A stretch of 64,000 nucleotides of DNA, from assembly GCA_965112155.1 (NCBI GenBank), contig OZ218115.1. The stretch is one strand, 5' to 3'. Below are positions 1 to 11,636 of this stretch, one piece after another. The position numbers and the translations under genes are program-made. This DNA is from Podarcis liolepis (taxonomy: Eukaryota). Every line of letters begins with the position of its first letter. Within the stretch, counting starts at the first letter, position 1. The notes under the pieces are model-generated. The model saw only the letters and a list, made by a program, of their open reading frames with translations, was not told the DNA's origin and searched no databases.

Positions 1-356
1 AATCAAGGAACCTAATGGAGTGATAAGTCACTTTGAATCACCAATTATTACTGTTTTTACAAAAGCAACTCAAAGTGGCTTATCACATCAATCACAACAT
101 TCACACAAAAATCAGCATAAAACAAAACAGAAAAATCTAAAACATATCCATGTTTTTAAAAGGCAGGGTCAAAACAATTTCAATGGGTCAACTCTGAGAA
201 AAATTTAGCTGAGAACCTGAGAAAAGCAGTTTGAAGTTGGGAGGGGGCAGAGTAAGGAGGATGCCAGCACCTCCCAGCTCAACATCACTCAGTCCCTGAA
301 ATAACCACTGAGATTTTTACGCAATTGCTGTTACAGAATGGAAGCTGAATACGCGC

Positions 357-380
357 GTGTGTGTGTGTGTGTGTGTGTGT
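357..380. repeat. (GT)n microsatellite
   Basis: Direct observation. Confidence 0.95.
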
Positions 381-1519
381 CCTGGATTCAGTTTGCATTG
401 TTGATTACTGCCACTCCCAACTTTGAGGAGGAGAATTTACTAATTCTGGACAGAGCCAGGCTCCTTGTAAGTCTACGTTTGCAGTTTGGTTGGCCTTCTT
501 GCTCTCTGATGTAGACTGAGGCTGGACCCTGCAGTGCCTTTCCTCAAGGGATGCAGCCATCGCATAAGACTCCTGGCCACCATCATCACGCACAGGCTTG
601 GCAACCTGACTTCTTACAGTAATGCCCTTATGGTGGGAGCCTGTGGGCCTAGCCAGCGATCACGGATGATGGGAGTTGTAGTCCAACATCTGGGAGGCAC
701 AGGTTCCACTTCTTTATATGGACCTGACAAATGCCATCTGGGAACTCCAGCTACAGCAGAACTCCATTGCCCATGCCTTGACAGAACTGCAGAATATGCT
801 ACGGGGATGGGTCATTCTGCTACAAACTGCTTGGAGGTTTGCTCAATCTTGCTCAAGGTGCTGACTTATAAAGTCTTGTTTGGTTTTAGACCAGCATCCA
901 TCTCTGGGAGCATCTTCCATCAGAGGGAAAACAAGATCTGCCAGGGGCTCTTGTGGACTTCAGCCTTTGCCATGGAAAAGCCTTTTATTTTTATATTTTT
1001 TTTAAAAGCTAAACAAAGATCCTGAGTGTTCTTTCAGGCCATGACCCAAGCCACCACTGCCGTTTCCCTTTCACCTTGAGTTTTTTTAGCAGTTGCTTTT
1101 AAAACTGGATGTGAATGACCCATCTTCCAACACAATTAAATAATGCCTCTGCCTCCGACTGCAAAGCATCTATTTTATTTATATATTAGACTTATATACC
1201 ACCACCACCCCCATTATCAAAAGATCTCAGGGAGGTTCACAAGGTCTAAGCAGATCATTCTTTAACAAGCCCATTGGATCTGCTTGGACCTTATATCACC
1301 TCAACGGGAAAGAGGCCAACCACACACAGAAAAATCTCAAGCCCAAGGAACCTGTTTTGGGCCTCAATTATTTTGGAATTACAACCCAAACTTGCTGGAG
1401 CTGGTGGGAAATGGCGTTCCAACACCACTTGGAGGGGCCACAAGTTTCCCACACCTGCTCTACACCATCAGATGCCTGCCCTCCCCTGTTACAGTGGCTA
1501 GGAGTTCATTTTAGAAAGG

Positions 1520-1692
1520 AATCATAGAACTGTAGATTTGGAAGGGATCCCAAGGGTGATCTAGTCTCGTCCAACCCCCTGCAATGCAGGAATCTCGACC
1601 AAAGCATCCCTGGTAGGCGGCTACCCAACCTCTGCTTAAAAATCTCCAAGGAAGGAGAGTCCACCACTTCCCGAGGGAGTCCATTCCACTGT
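1520..1692 (-). mobile_element. CR1 LINE 3' fragment
   Basis: GAATCATAGAA...TTGGAAGGG...TCCAACCCCCTGCAATGCAGG, reverse of a CR1 tail. Confidence 0.75.
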
Positions 1693-1792
1693 CAGAAGAG
1701 AAGCGGACCCAACAGCTCTACCTTTGGGAGGGAAGGGGGTGGGTCATCCACTGTACAGCAAGCCTGACCCTGCTCTGCCAGGCCCTCCTTAC

Positions 1793-1925
1793 CTTCATCA
1801 ATTTCTGTGACATGGCACTCTTCTAGGGCCCCCGAGGGGCTGTGCACCTTGGCATCAATCACACCTTTGGCCCCGTTCAAGCTGACGGCAAACGAGGCTG
1901 GCTGGTTCACCTTTAACCCTGACTC
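1793..1925 (-). CDS. FLNA: FLNA exon 44 (133 nt), Ig22
   Basis: [21 protein letters not shown]...VTEIDE; CAG/GTAAGG. Confidence 0.96.
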
Positions 1926-4900
1926 CTGGAAGCACACAGCACGTTAGGCAGCAGAAAGGACAGAGCGGGCAATGGCATCAAGCTTCGGCTACCACAAACC
2001 CCACCCCTCCCCTCCCCTTGAGGACAAGGTGGAAGGTCACTTACCTGGGAGCCAGGTGGCTTAGAGAGGGAGAGCTGCCCCAGGAAACAGGGCCGCAGTG
2101 CAAGAGGCAGGCAGGCAAGCAGCAGCAACAGGGGAGGATTTGTTAGGCTAGTACCCTGGAAGAGGGAGGCTGGCAGTTTTCAAAAGGATGGCAGCAAGAT
2201 TGGCAGAGGCATGGGCCAGGGAAGCTCTCCATCTTTAAGCCCCAGCAGCCAAAAGGAGCAGGGGACTGTTAGCAGCCTTTAAACGAGACACGAGAAAAAC
2301 CCCAGAGCAGATCCCTAGATGGCCAGCAGGGCTGACACAGTGGCTGTCCCAAGGCTGGCACAAGGCACCCACAGAATCATAAAATTGTGGGGTCGGAAGG
2401 GACCACAAGGGTCCACCCCTGCACCCATCTTGTCCTAAGTTGTTTAATCACCTTATCTTGGAAAAACCTCAGCCACACCACACCCCCAGATCAGTACAGA
2501 TTGGGAGCACACCCTTGCCCCAATCTGCTTCTTCTCCCGCCCCACTTTCAGGATCCAAGTCTCTTGGATCAAGGAACAGCCAGCCCAGGAGAGCAACAGT
2601 GCCAACTCAATCCAGCCAGCAGGGGGAGCAAGTGGGCGGTTTCTCCCAGTGCCTCACCTGAAGACTAGAAACAGTGAGTCGACGGGCATCATCTGAGGTG
2701 GAGGTGGCAGGTACCACAAAGGGACTGTCTGGGATGTGCTCGTCATTGAACTTCACAGAAACCTCGTAGTCTCCTGCAAGCAAAGAGGAAGGAAGAGGAA
2801 TTAAGGATGCTTATCCAAAAGGCTCAGTCAATGGATGACTGGAAATCCAGGCATGGGGAGTTTTTTCTTGTTTGAGCATGAGATCAGCACCTGAAGCCTT
2901 GCTCTGCATCAGGCTGGCAGGTATTTGGGGCTTTTCAGCAGTGGCCATGCACATCTTTGCAAATACATACGGCTACATCACCGATTATTTTTAAGGAAAC
3001 ACTCTGAAGATTTCTTTATTATTATTATTCAGTCTGCATTTAGTTAATAGAATGTGTAAAAAGAAATATTAGATGTTGCCACTGCCAATTTTAATTGAAT
3101 GATTTTTTAATTTAATGATGTTTGTAATTATTGTATTTTTTATCAAATTATCAGTTTGACGTGCAGATGGGTCCCCATATGGAACAATTACCACATATTT
3201 ACTATTTGGGTAATGTCAGCATGAAGTTGCATTTCATATTTAACAGTTTTCTTGAAATTACATATTTCAACAACTGAACTGCCAAAAATGGGAGTGAGAG
3301 ATGCTCCAAAAACATTTTGAGTGCTGCTTTCTGTTTCTTAAAAGTTTTCAGTAGACTTCAAAATTCACACCTCTAGCACGTAGAAGTTCTTCTAAAACAC
3401 CATACTACCTCAAGCCCCAATCCTTAATTAACACATTGTTTTTGATAAGGATGGAGGTTATAATAATGCATCTCCAAGTACAATCCTCTGTTGAAAGGAG
3501 CCCTCCCCTCCCCGCCTTCAATAAAAAGCATTTGAGATCTGGCTGAGATTCCCTCCCCTACTTGCAAACTGTGGGGCAGCCAATTACCCAGCTTGCGTTC
3601 CAGATGGCCGCTTCCAAAGATCTGCCAGCCTCATTAGCAAACAGAAAGCTCTTTAGAGCACTGGATCCATTCCAGGTAGTTGGCAACACGATGCCTGTTG
3701 GATTCCAGAAGTTGGCTGCCTGCAGATTCCCTGAGTGGCTTATGGGAGCCGTTCCCAAGAGAAGGAGCTAGAACAAGCTCTGGAGAGAGAGAGGTCTGCC
3801 TCTGGAGCTTCTCCAGCAGCCACCCGTTGGAACAGACCTCGGTTTCCGAGTTGCAACATACAACTTCCATCTGCCTTGTGCTCAACATATGATTCTTTGA
3901 ATCGGATGTTGGAACACGATCCTTACTTTATTATTGCTTAAGGCAGATATACAACCTGTGGAGCAAAGAGCAGCAGGGATCTCCCTCCACTGAGCCTTGC
4001 ACCAGCCATATTCTCTTTCTCTCTAATACCTGTGTCTTCTGGCTCCTATCCCTCTGCCTAGGAATAGCCTGAAGCCTTGCCTTCTCCAGGCCTTTGACCT
4101 GGCCACTGAAAACCTAGATGGACTGTTTTTAGATCACCTCTCCACAGTGATGTGTAAGGCTGCCCTTCTTGGCTCTTGCATTCTCTACTACCTTCACCCC
4201 CCCCCTCAGATTCAGTTAAATTGGGAGCTATCCACATCCATTTAACACCACATTTGTATACCACCATTCGGCTGAAACAAGGGCCATTCCACAAGCTTGG
4301 TTTACAAGGGGTAAAAGTATGAAAGCCAGTGCAAACGCCAAGAGTGAGGATAGCCATGATGGAGGTGGTGGCGGGGGTTCTCCAGAAGCTGCCGGTCTAC
4401 AACTCCCATCAGCCCTAGGGAGCATAGCCAAAGGTCAGGGATGATGGGAGCTGTGGTCCAGCAACATCTGGAGAGCACCAAGTTGGCTACCCCACTCAGT
4501 AATAGAATTGGAACACAATATTGAGAACCAAGAAGAAAAGAGAGTTAAACCCTTCAACATCGAATTAAATGTCTGATGTAATAAAAACGGGGGCCACTTC
4601 CCCCTGGAAACCATCAAGGACGGGGCCAGTCTAGCCTCCCTGGGGAGGGGATTCCAGAACCAGGGACCTGCCCCAGAAAAGGCTGTTTTGCACTGACACC
4701 AAACGTCCCCTCTTTTGGTGGAGAGGACCTAGTCCTTCACCCTGTAGTGCTGATAAAGGCTGTTTTCAGTCCACACACCCCTCATCTTGGGGTTAGGGAG
4801 ATGGCAGAGCCCAACATTTTGATCCCACCTCACTCTCTCAGGCACACAGAACACCCCCCTTCCCCTCTGCATCCATGCCCTCCCTTCTTTAAATCTCCTG

Positions 4901-7900
4901 TTAAAAACCCTCAGTCCATGCAGCAGTCTTCTCCATGCAGCACCCATGACCACTTACCAGGTTCTTGCACAATGTAGGAAACACCACATGAACCATCTTT
5001 TCGGTCTTCAAAAGCAATCTCTGCCTTACTGGGGCCCTCCACAGCAATGGAGAGGCCACCGGCCCCAGCCTCCCGCGTCCAGATGCTAAACTCAGCTGGG
5101 GAAGAAGGCAAACAAGTCTTATTAGGAGGTGCTCCATCATCCTCTTTTGCTAATGCAAGTTCCACCTTAGCACTAAGCTTGGGACAAAAAGCCTTTCTCT
5201 TACTAATTTCCGAAACATACTTTGCAGAGTTTGTTCCAGTAACTACTGCATAGCCTTCCCCAACCTGGTGTCTGCCAGAGATTTCAGATCCATCAACCCC
5301 AACCATTGGCCAAACTGGCAGGGAGCTTTAGTCCAAAATATCTGGAGGGCACCCAGATGGGGAAGGGTGCTCTAGTGGGACACCTTCGCCGGTGGTGTGG
5401 ATCTTGACCCTTGTGTTTGGGGATGCTTCTTCTGATACAACACTTAAACCAAAAACAGCCAACATGGTGTTCTGCAGGTGTTGCTGGACTACATCTCCCA
5501 TCAGCCCTAGACAGCATAGCCTTGTCAGTGGTGATGGGACCTGTAGTCCAACAGCATCTTTGAGGGCATCATGTTGGCTACTCCCAACTTAGGGCAGAAC
5601 TGCACCATACATCTAAAGCACCTTCCCAAAGAAGCCTGGGAACCACAGTTTCCCACTCACAGGACTACAAGTCACAGTACCCATAACAGACGACAGGGCC
5701 CAAGATTCTTTGGGGGAGTGATGTGCTTTAAGTGTGGATTTGCCCTTAGCCAGAAGGCCCAGGGGGATTCTGATAGCAAGACTGGTGGTGCTATATAATC
5801 ATCATCCAAGTACACTTGAGTTTTACAGAACACGCCCAGGGAACAGGCCCCTCTTATCGGGATACGGGAGCTGAAAACTGAAAGGAGATGGGAGGACAAT
5901 GTGGCCTGGTGGGCGGAAGACGACATCGGGCACATTTGCCCATCATTTCCTTATCATTAAATGGTGCCTAACCTATGGTTCTATGGACTACAGCTCCGAT
6001 CATCCCTGACTACCATTTTTTGCTGTCTCGGGCTGATGAGAGTTGTGGGTCCCAACAACTTCTGAAGGATGATCAAGGGTCTGGAAACTAGGACTTATGA
6101 GCAACAGTTGAGGGAGTTGGGTGTGTTTAGCCTGGATAAGAGGAGAGTGAGAGGAGAGAGGAAAGCCCTCTACCAGCATCTAGAGGGCTGTTACATGGAA
6201 GAGGGAGCAAACTTGTTTTGAGTGGCTTCAAGTTATAAGAAAGGAGATTCTAACTAAACATTGAGAAGAAGCTTCTGACAGAGCCATTGGACAGTTGAAT
6301 GGGCTCCCTTGGGAGGTGGTGGACTCTCCTTCCCTGGAAGTGTTTAAGCAGTTAAGCAGAGGTTGGATGACCATTTGCCATGGATGCTTTCGCGGAGATT
6401 CCTGCATTGCAGGGGGTTGGACTAAATGACCCTCGGAGTCCCTTCCAGCTCTACCATTCTGAGATTCCAGGGTTCCAAGGCACCCCTGCAGTCATGTCTG
6501 ACAAGGGAGGCTGACCTGCCTCAGTCCCCATCACTGCATCAAAAGACTTTTCCAGGCCCAGGTTGTACCAGCTTAAGTGCTAGCATCTCACACCCCTCCC
6601 TCCCACAACTCCCAAGTTACACCCTTTTGCCTATCCTGTCCCCTCCCCACCTCCGTCCCCCGTCCAAAGCCACAGTCCTACCTGGCACGCCAGCTTCAGC
6701 TCTCTCCAGTCCAGGGCCACCTGCCCGGACCTTGTGTGCACCACCCTCGCCAAGAGGGCCCACGGTGAACTGGAAGGGGCTTCCGGGCACATGCTGCCCT
6801 TTGTACTTGACGCTGACTGAGTGGATGCCCGTCTCAGTGGGCACAAAGCGGATGCAGTAGGTGTTGTTTTCTGCCTCCAAGATCTCTGCATCGTGGGACT
6901 TGCCTGAAGGACTGGTGACCTGAGCCGTCATGTCCCTGATGTTGATTTCTGTGGGAGAAGGGGCAGCAGATAAAACAGCTGTAGAAACATGGGACCGCAG
7001 CTTCGCTCCTTCCCTACCATCAGCCAACACCACTGTGCTAAGACCATCAAGACCCACACACATTCTATGGCAGGGGTGGCCCAATGGGCATTCAGAGCAG
7101 CTGGATCATAGTCCAGTTCACCACTTAACCCCTTGTCTCCCTACCCCATTCTCAAGGTAACTTAATGCTGTTCCTTGTCTGAATAAAGGTAAAGGTAAAG
7201 GTACCCCTGCTGGTACGGGCCAATCTTGACAGACTCAAGGGTTGTGCGCTCATCTCACTCTAGAGGCCGGGAGCCAGCGCTGTCCGAAGACACTTCCGGG
7301 TCACGTGGCCAGCGTGACAAAGCTGCTCTGGCAAGCCTGCACCAGCGCAGCACACGGAACGCCGTTTACCTTCCCGCTAGTAAGCGGTCCCTATTTATCT
7401 ACTTGCACCCGGGGGTGCTTTCGAACTGCTAGGTTGGCAGGCGCTGGGACCGAGCAACAGGGGCGCACCCCGCCGCGGGGATTCGAACCGCTGACCATGC
7501 GATCGGCAAGTCCTAGTTGCTGAGGTTTTACCCACAGCGCCACCCGCGTCCCCTTGTCTGAATAGTCAGATCTTAATAATTTTCTCCAGATCCAATATTT
7601 CTTCTAAAAACAAAAACAAAACAACCCTTGTAAATACAAGGCAAGTGATACTGCACCCCTATTGTTCTAGATCAGTCACCCCCAACCTTTGGCCCTCCAG
7701 ATGCTTTGGACTACAATTCCCATCATCCCTGACCACTGGTCCTGTTAGGTAGGGATCATGGGAGTTGTAGGCCAAAACATCTGGAGGGCCGCAGGTTGGG
7801 GATGCCTATTCTAGATGAAGGCCAGGACAGGATCCCGTCCACAATAGCCTTGGCAGGAGCAGAGACCACTGGCAAGCAGAGGTATTTCACTGTACAAATG

Positions 7901-10900
7901 TCACACTTCTTCCACAGGCCATCTGAATTCTAACACAGTGTGAGGCCTGTCCTGGTAGCCAGCACCAGTTACAGAACATGCACATGGTGGTGGTGCATTG
8001 AGGAATGCGGCCTTCCCAAAGAGATCCCCCCTCAAGGAGGTAGATTTGCAGTGGTCCTTTTCCCCTTTTCAAAACATGCATAAAATTACCCTCATTGTTT
8101 CGGAGTAGTTCTGCTGACATTAGGGGTTTGGACACAATGCCCTAAACTGCTGATTTATATTCAAATAGAAGCAGTTTTCACTCCACTTGCAAACACAACA
8201 GTCTAGCCACAGTTTTACTTCTGAGCCTTACAACCAGGAAAAAAGCAAGCACATATACACCAAAAAACTCGAATAAAATTCTGAAACTCTACACATTAAA
8301 GGGAAAGCAACAACAGGAGAAATGAAAAGAAAGTAATTGTGCTGGGATGAGAGAACGGGAAAACTTTAGGAGGCATTGAGGGCTACATAACATGAGGTCA
8401 AGGGCTGTATGTGGCTCCCAGTTACCAACCTGTGTCTTAAACCAAAGTGTTCCACCAACTTGGCTATGGTTTGGAAGGACTCCCAGATGGCCATGCCTGT
8501 CCTACACTTCAGCATTTTCCCCATTCTAACAGCCTCTGTGCCAACTGGGGGAACTACGAGTCAACTGGGCTGAATATGCTTTGGTTTTTGCACTGTATCA
8601 TTCTGAGCTGGAAAACAAGGCTTATGGAGATTTGAACACATACTCTGGGTTCCAAAATTTTGCTGGGCACTGTCCATGGGCCTTCCAAACTTCTCTGTGC
8701 CAAGTTCAAGGGTGGGATTGGAATATTCCTGACCTTTAACCATTGGGAGGGGTACTTAATAGCTCGTTTTGGGCAATAGCTCTCCACTGCTTGGCTTGTC
8801 TTGGGCAGCACCCCAAACCACAAAGCCTATCCTTAAGCCACTCACCTGGGATTTTCAAACTGAGGTCGCACTGGCTGCCAATGTTGGCAACTGAGGGGGC
8901 TTTGCGACGGCGCGTGATCATCTGCTTCATTCGTCCTTCTCCTGTCACCTTCACAGAAAATGGACTCCCTGCACCAGAGAGATGGAGGGGGAGAGAAAGT
9001 AAGGCAGAGGGAGAGGGACTTGCTGGCTCAGCCACATGCTCCAATTGGCCCTTTCAGGGAGAGGAGATCATGGATTTGGGTGGGGGTGGGTTTCAGGGCA
9101 GGAGCCAGAGAAAGAATCAACTTCCCTGGGTAAGCTTTTGAATGTCACAACACACACACACTCAACATCCTCCAGTGTAGCCATCGCCTCTCATCTGGCA
9201 TTAAATCTCATTAAGAAAACTATGCAATCATTTTGTCACACGTTTTAGACTTATCACTAACTGGAAAGCTAAGGACTGAATGTTCTCCATACAAGGCCTA
9301 TATAAAAAATAAAAAAGCCACACCAAGTCAGGAAGTAAGCTAGGCCTCTTTGCCTTGGTCTGCTGCTGGGGAGGATGCCGAGGAGCATTGGACTGCCCTT
9401 TATCTGCAACCCTGAACAGCAAAAAGCTGCACCAGGCAATGCTGCTGATCATGCAGTGTGTAGGCTGCATATACGTTGGAGCAGATATTTGTTTTACAAG
9501 TGATGAACCCCCTGCTTTCAACTCCTGCAATGCTTTGTATCCATAGTTCAACCAGAAGCAAGCACTGGAAGGTAACTTGCAATCTCTTCCAGCAACCCAA
9601 GTATTACGGACACCTTTGTCCCATCTTCAATTGGAGACATGTTCTAGGGTCCCACCAGCACTTCCTGAATGCACCTTTGCTCCCCTCGCCCCATGCAACA
9701 ACCCACCAAAGAGGAGACTACCCGCACCTGGAACATGCTGGTCTGCAAACTTGATGTTGATGATGTAGTTGCCAGGCTCTGTTGGACAATACGTGACTTT
9801 GCAAGTACCATCCTCTAGGTCCTCAGTATTGATGTCGACCTTACTGGGGCCTTCAATGGACAAGCTCAGCCCACCATAACCTAAGAGAGAGGCAGCTTAT
9901 AGTAACAGGGTTTTGTTATATGTTTGGACATCACCACCATGAGCTATTGGGGACACGGGTGGGGCTGTGGGTTAAACCACAGAGCCTAGGACTTGCTGAT
10001 CAGAAGATCGGCGGTTCGAATCCCCGCGACGGGGTGAGCTCCCGTTACTCGGTCCCTCCTCCTGCCAACCTAGCAGTTCAAAAGCATGTCAAAGTGCAAG
10101 TAGATAAATAGGTACCGCTCCTCTTTTTGCACCCTGCTTCTTACTCTTTAGTCTACCTTGCTCACATAACAGTACATCCTGCAAAAGTCACATGGTCCAC
10201 CTTTCAAGAAGGGCTTCTCTAAACACCTATGCACATAGGGTTGTAACTAGTATGCATGGAGCAGTAGAACACCAGTGTGCTACCTTTCCTATGTCTATTC
10301 CTGAACATCAGGCTAGCCAAAGATGGGGCTTGTCAGCTGGAGGACAAACAGCCAGCGTCACCATGGTGAAACAGATTGGATCAGTGGGGTGGAAGAGATG
10401 AAAACAAACCAAGGATCTTATTGACTTAGTGATTTGTGTTTCTGGTGTATTGCTCCCCAAGAGCAATAAGAACTAAAGAGTCCTGATGGATCAGGCCAGA
10501 GGGCCCACCTTAGTCCAACACTTGCCCAAAGGAAGCTTGCCAGCCCTTGCCCCACCTGCCACGCCCAGCAACTGGTCCTCACTTGAGGCAAACTCCCTCC
10601 GACAGCACAGCCACCATGGCGAGTAGCCCTTGTCTTTGAACCAAAGGATTATAAACCTGCATACCAGCATCTCTTGTGTCAATTATGAACTCTGAAGGTT
10701 CAAATGTCCGCCCCTCGCTGAGCCCTGGGCCAGAGACCCTGACGCGGCTGGCATCGCCAATTTCAGACTGGCTGATCATCACTGTGATGGGGCTGTTGGG
10801 GATGTGCAGCCCATTCTTCTTGATGTTCACAATGTGCTCTCCAATCTCTTTGGGGACAAAAGAAATTCCTACAGAAAGATGGGGTGGAAAGGAAGAAGCA

Positions 10901-11588
10901 AAAGAGAATCGTTATACCTATATAATCTTTTCTTCTATCCATGAGCTCTGCCAGTCGGCTTGGGACATAACCAGAAAAGCAGAGGTCTTCTCGGTCACTC
11001 ACCAACATGCCCATTGCGTAGGTGTTTGAGCAGACAAGGCTCCTCACGACCAGAAGGTGGGATCACAGTGGCTGTCAGTTGGCTCAGGTCCGTCTCGGTG
11101 ATGTTCAAGGGGATGTCGGCAGAGGAGCCCACTTTGAGATGGGACATGCGCATCGTGTCATCTCCTGCAGAAGCAGAGAAAGGCAGGCATTGTGCCGTCA
11201 AGGTGGGCCTGCAGCCTACCTTCTCCTTCCCCTTCAGTGTGAGCTTACCACCCGCCCCTTTCTTTCCTTAATTAGCCCAGGTGGGCCGGCTCCAGATCTC
11301 ACCAGTAATCTTGGCAGTGAAGGGACTTCCTGGGATGTGCTTGTCATTGTATTTCACCAATATGTTGTAGTCGCCAGGCAGAACGGGAAGATACGACACT
11401 GTGCAAGTGCCATCCTGGTTATCAGTGCAGCCAATCTCAGCCTTGGAGGGGCCTTCGATGGCCAGAGAGAGGCCGCCTGGAAACAAGCAGAACATCAAGC
11501 GTCAAGCACGGGAAGAGCCATTAGCCCTAGTGCCCCAGTAACTGAGCCAGTGTGCTCCTGTGCTAAAAATCAAGGCAGACACCCCCCA

Positions 11589-11636
<48 letters not shown>

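Noticed and set aside
1-1792. FLNA exon 45 or 3' end
   Set aside because: No DKYAVRFIPRENG-like coding segment found; the gene continues beyond the window.
4370-7808. Recurrent GGACTACAACTCCCATC / GATGGGAGTTGTAGTCC palindromes as CRISPR repeats or miRNA hairpins
   Set aside because: Dispersed, divergent copies with 8-bp TSDs: hAT-type MITEs, with no repeat-spacer periodicity.
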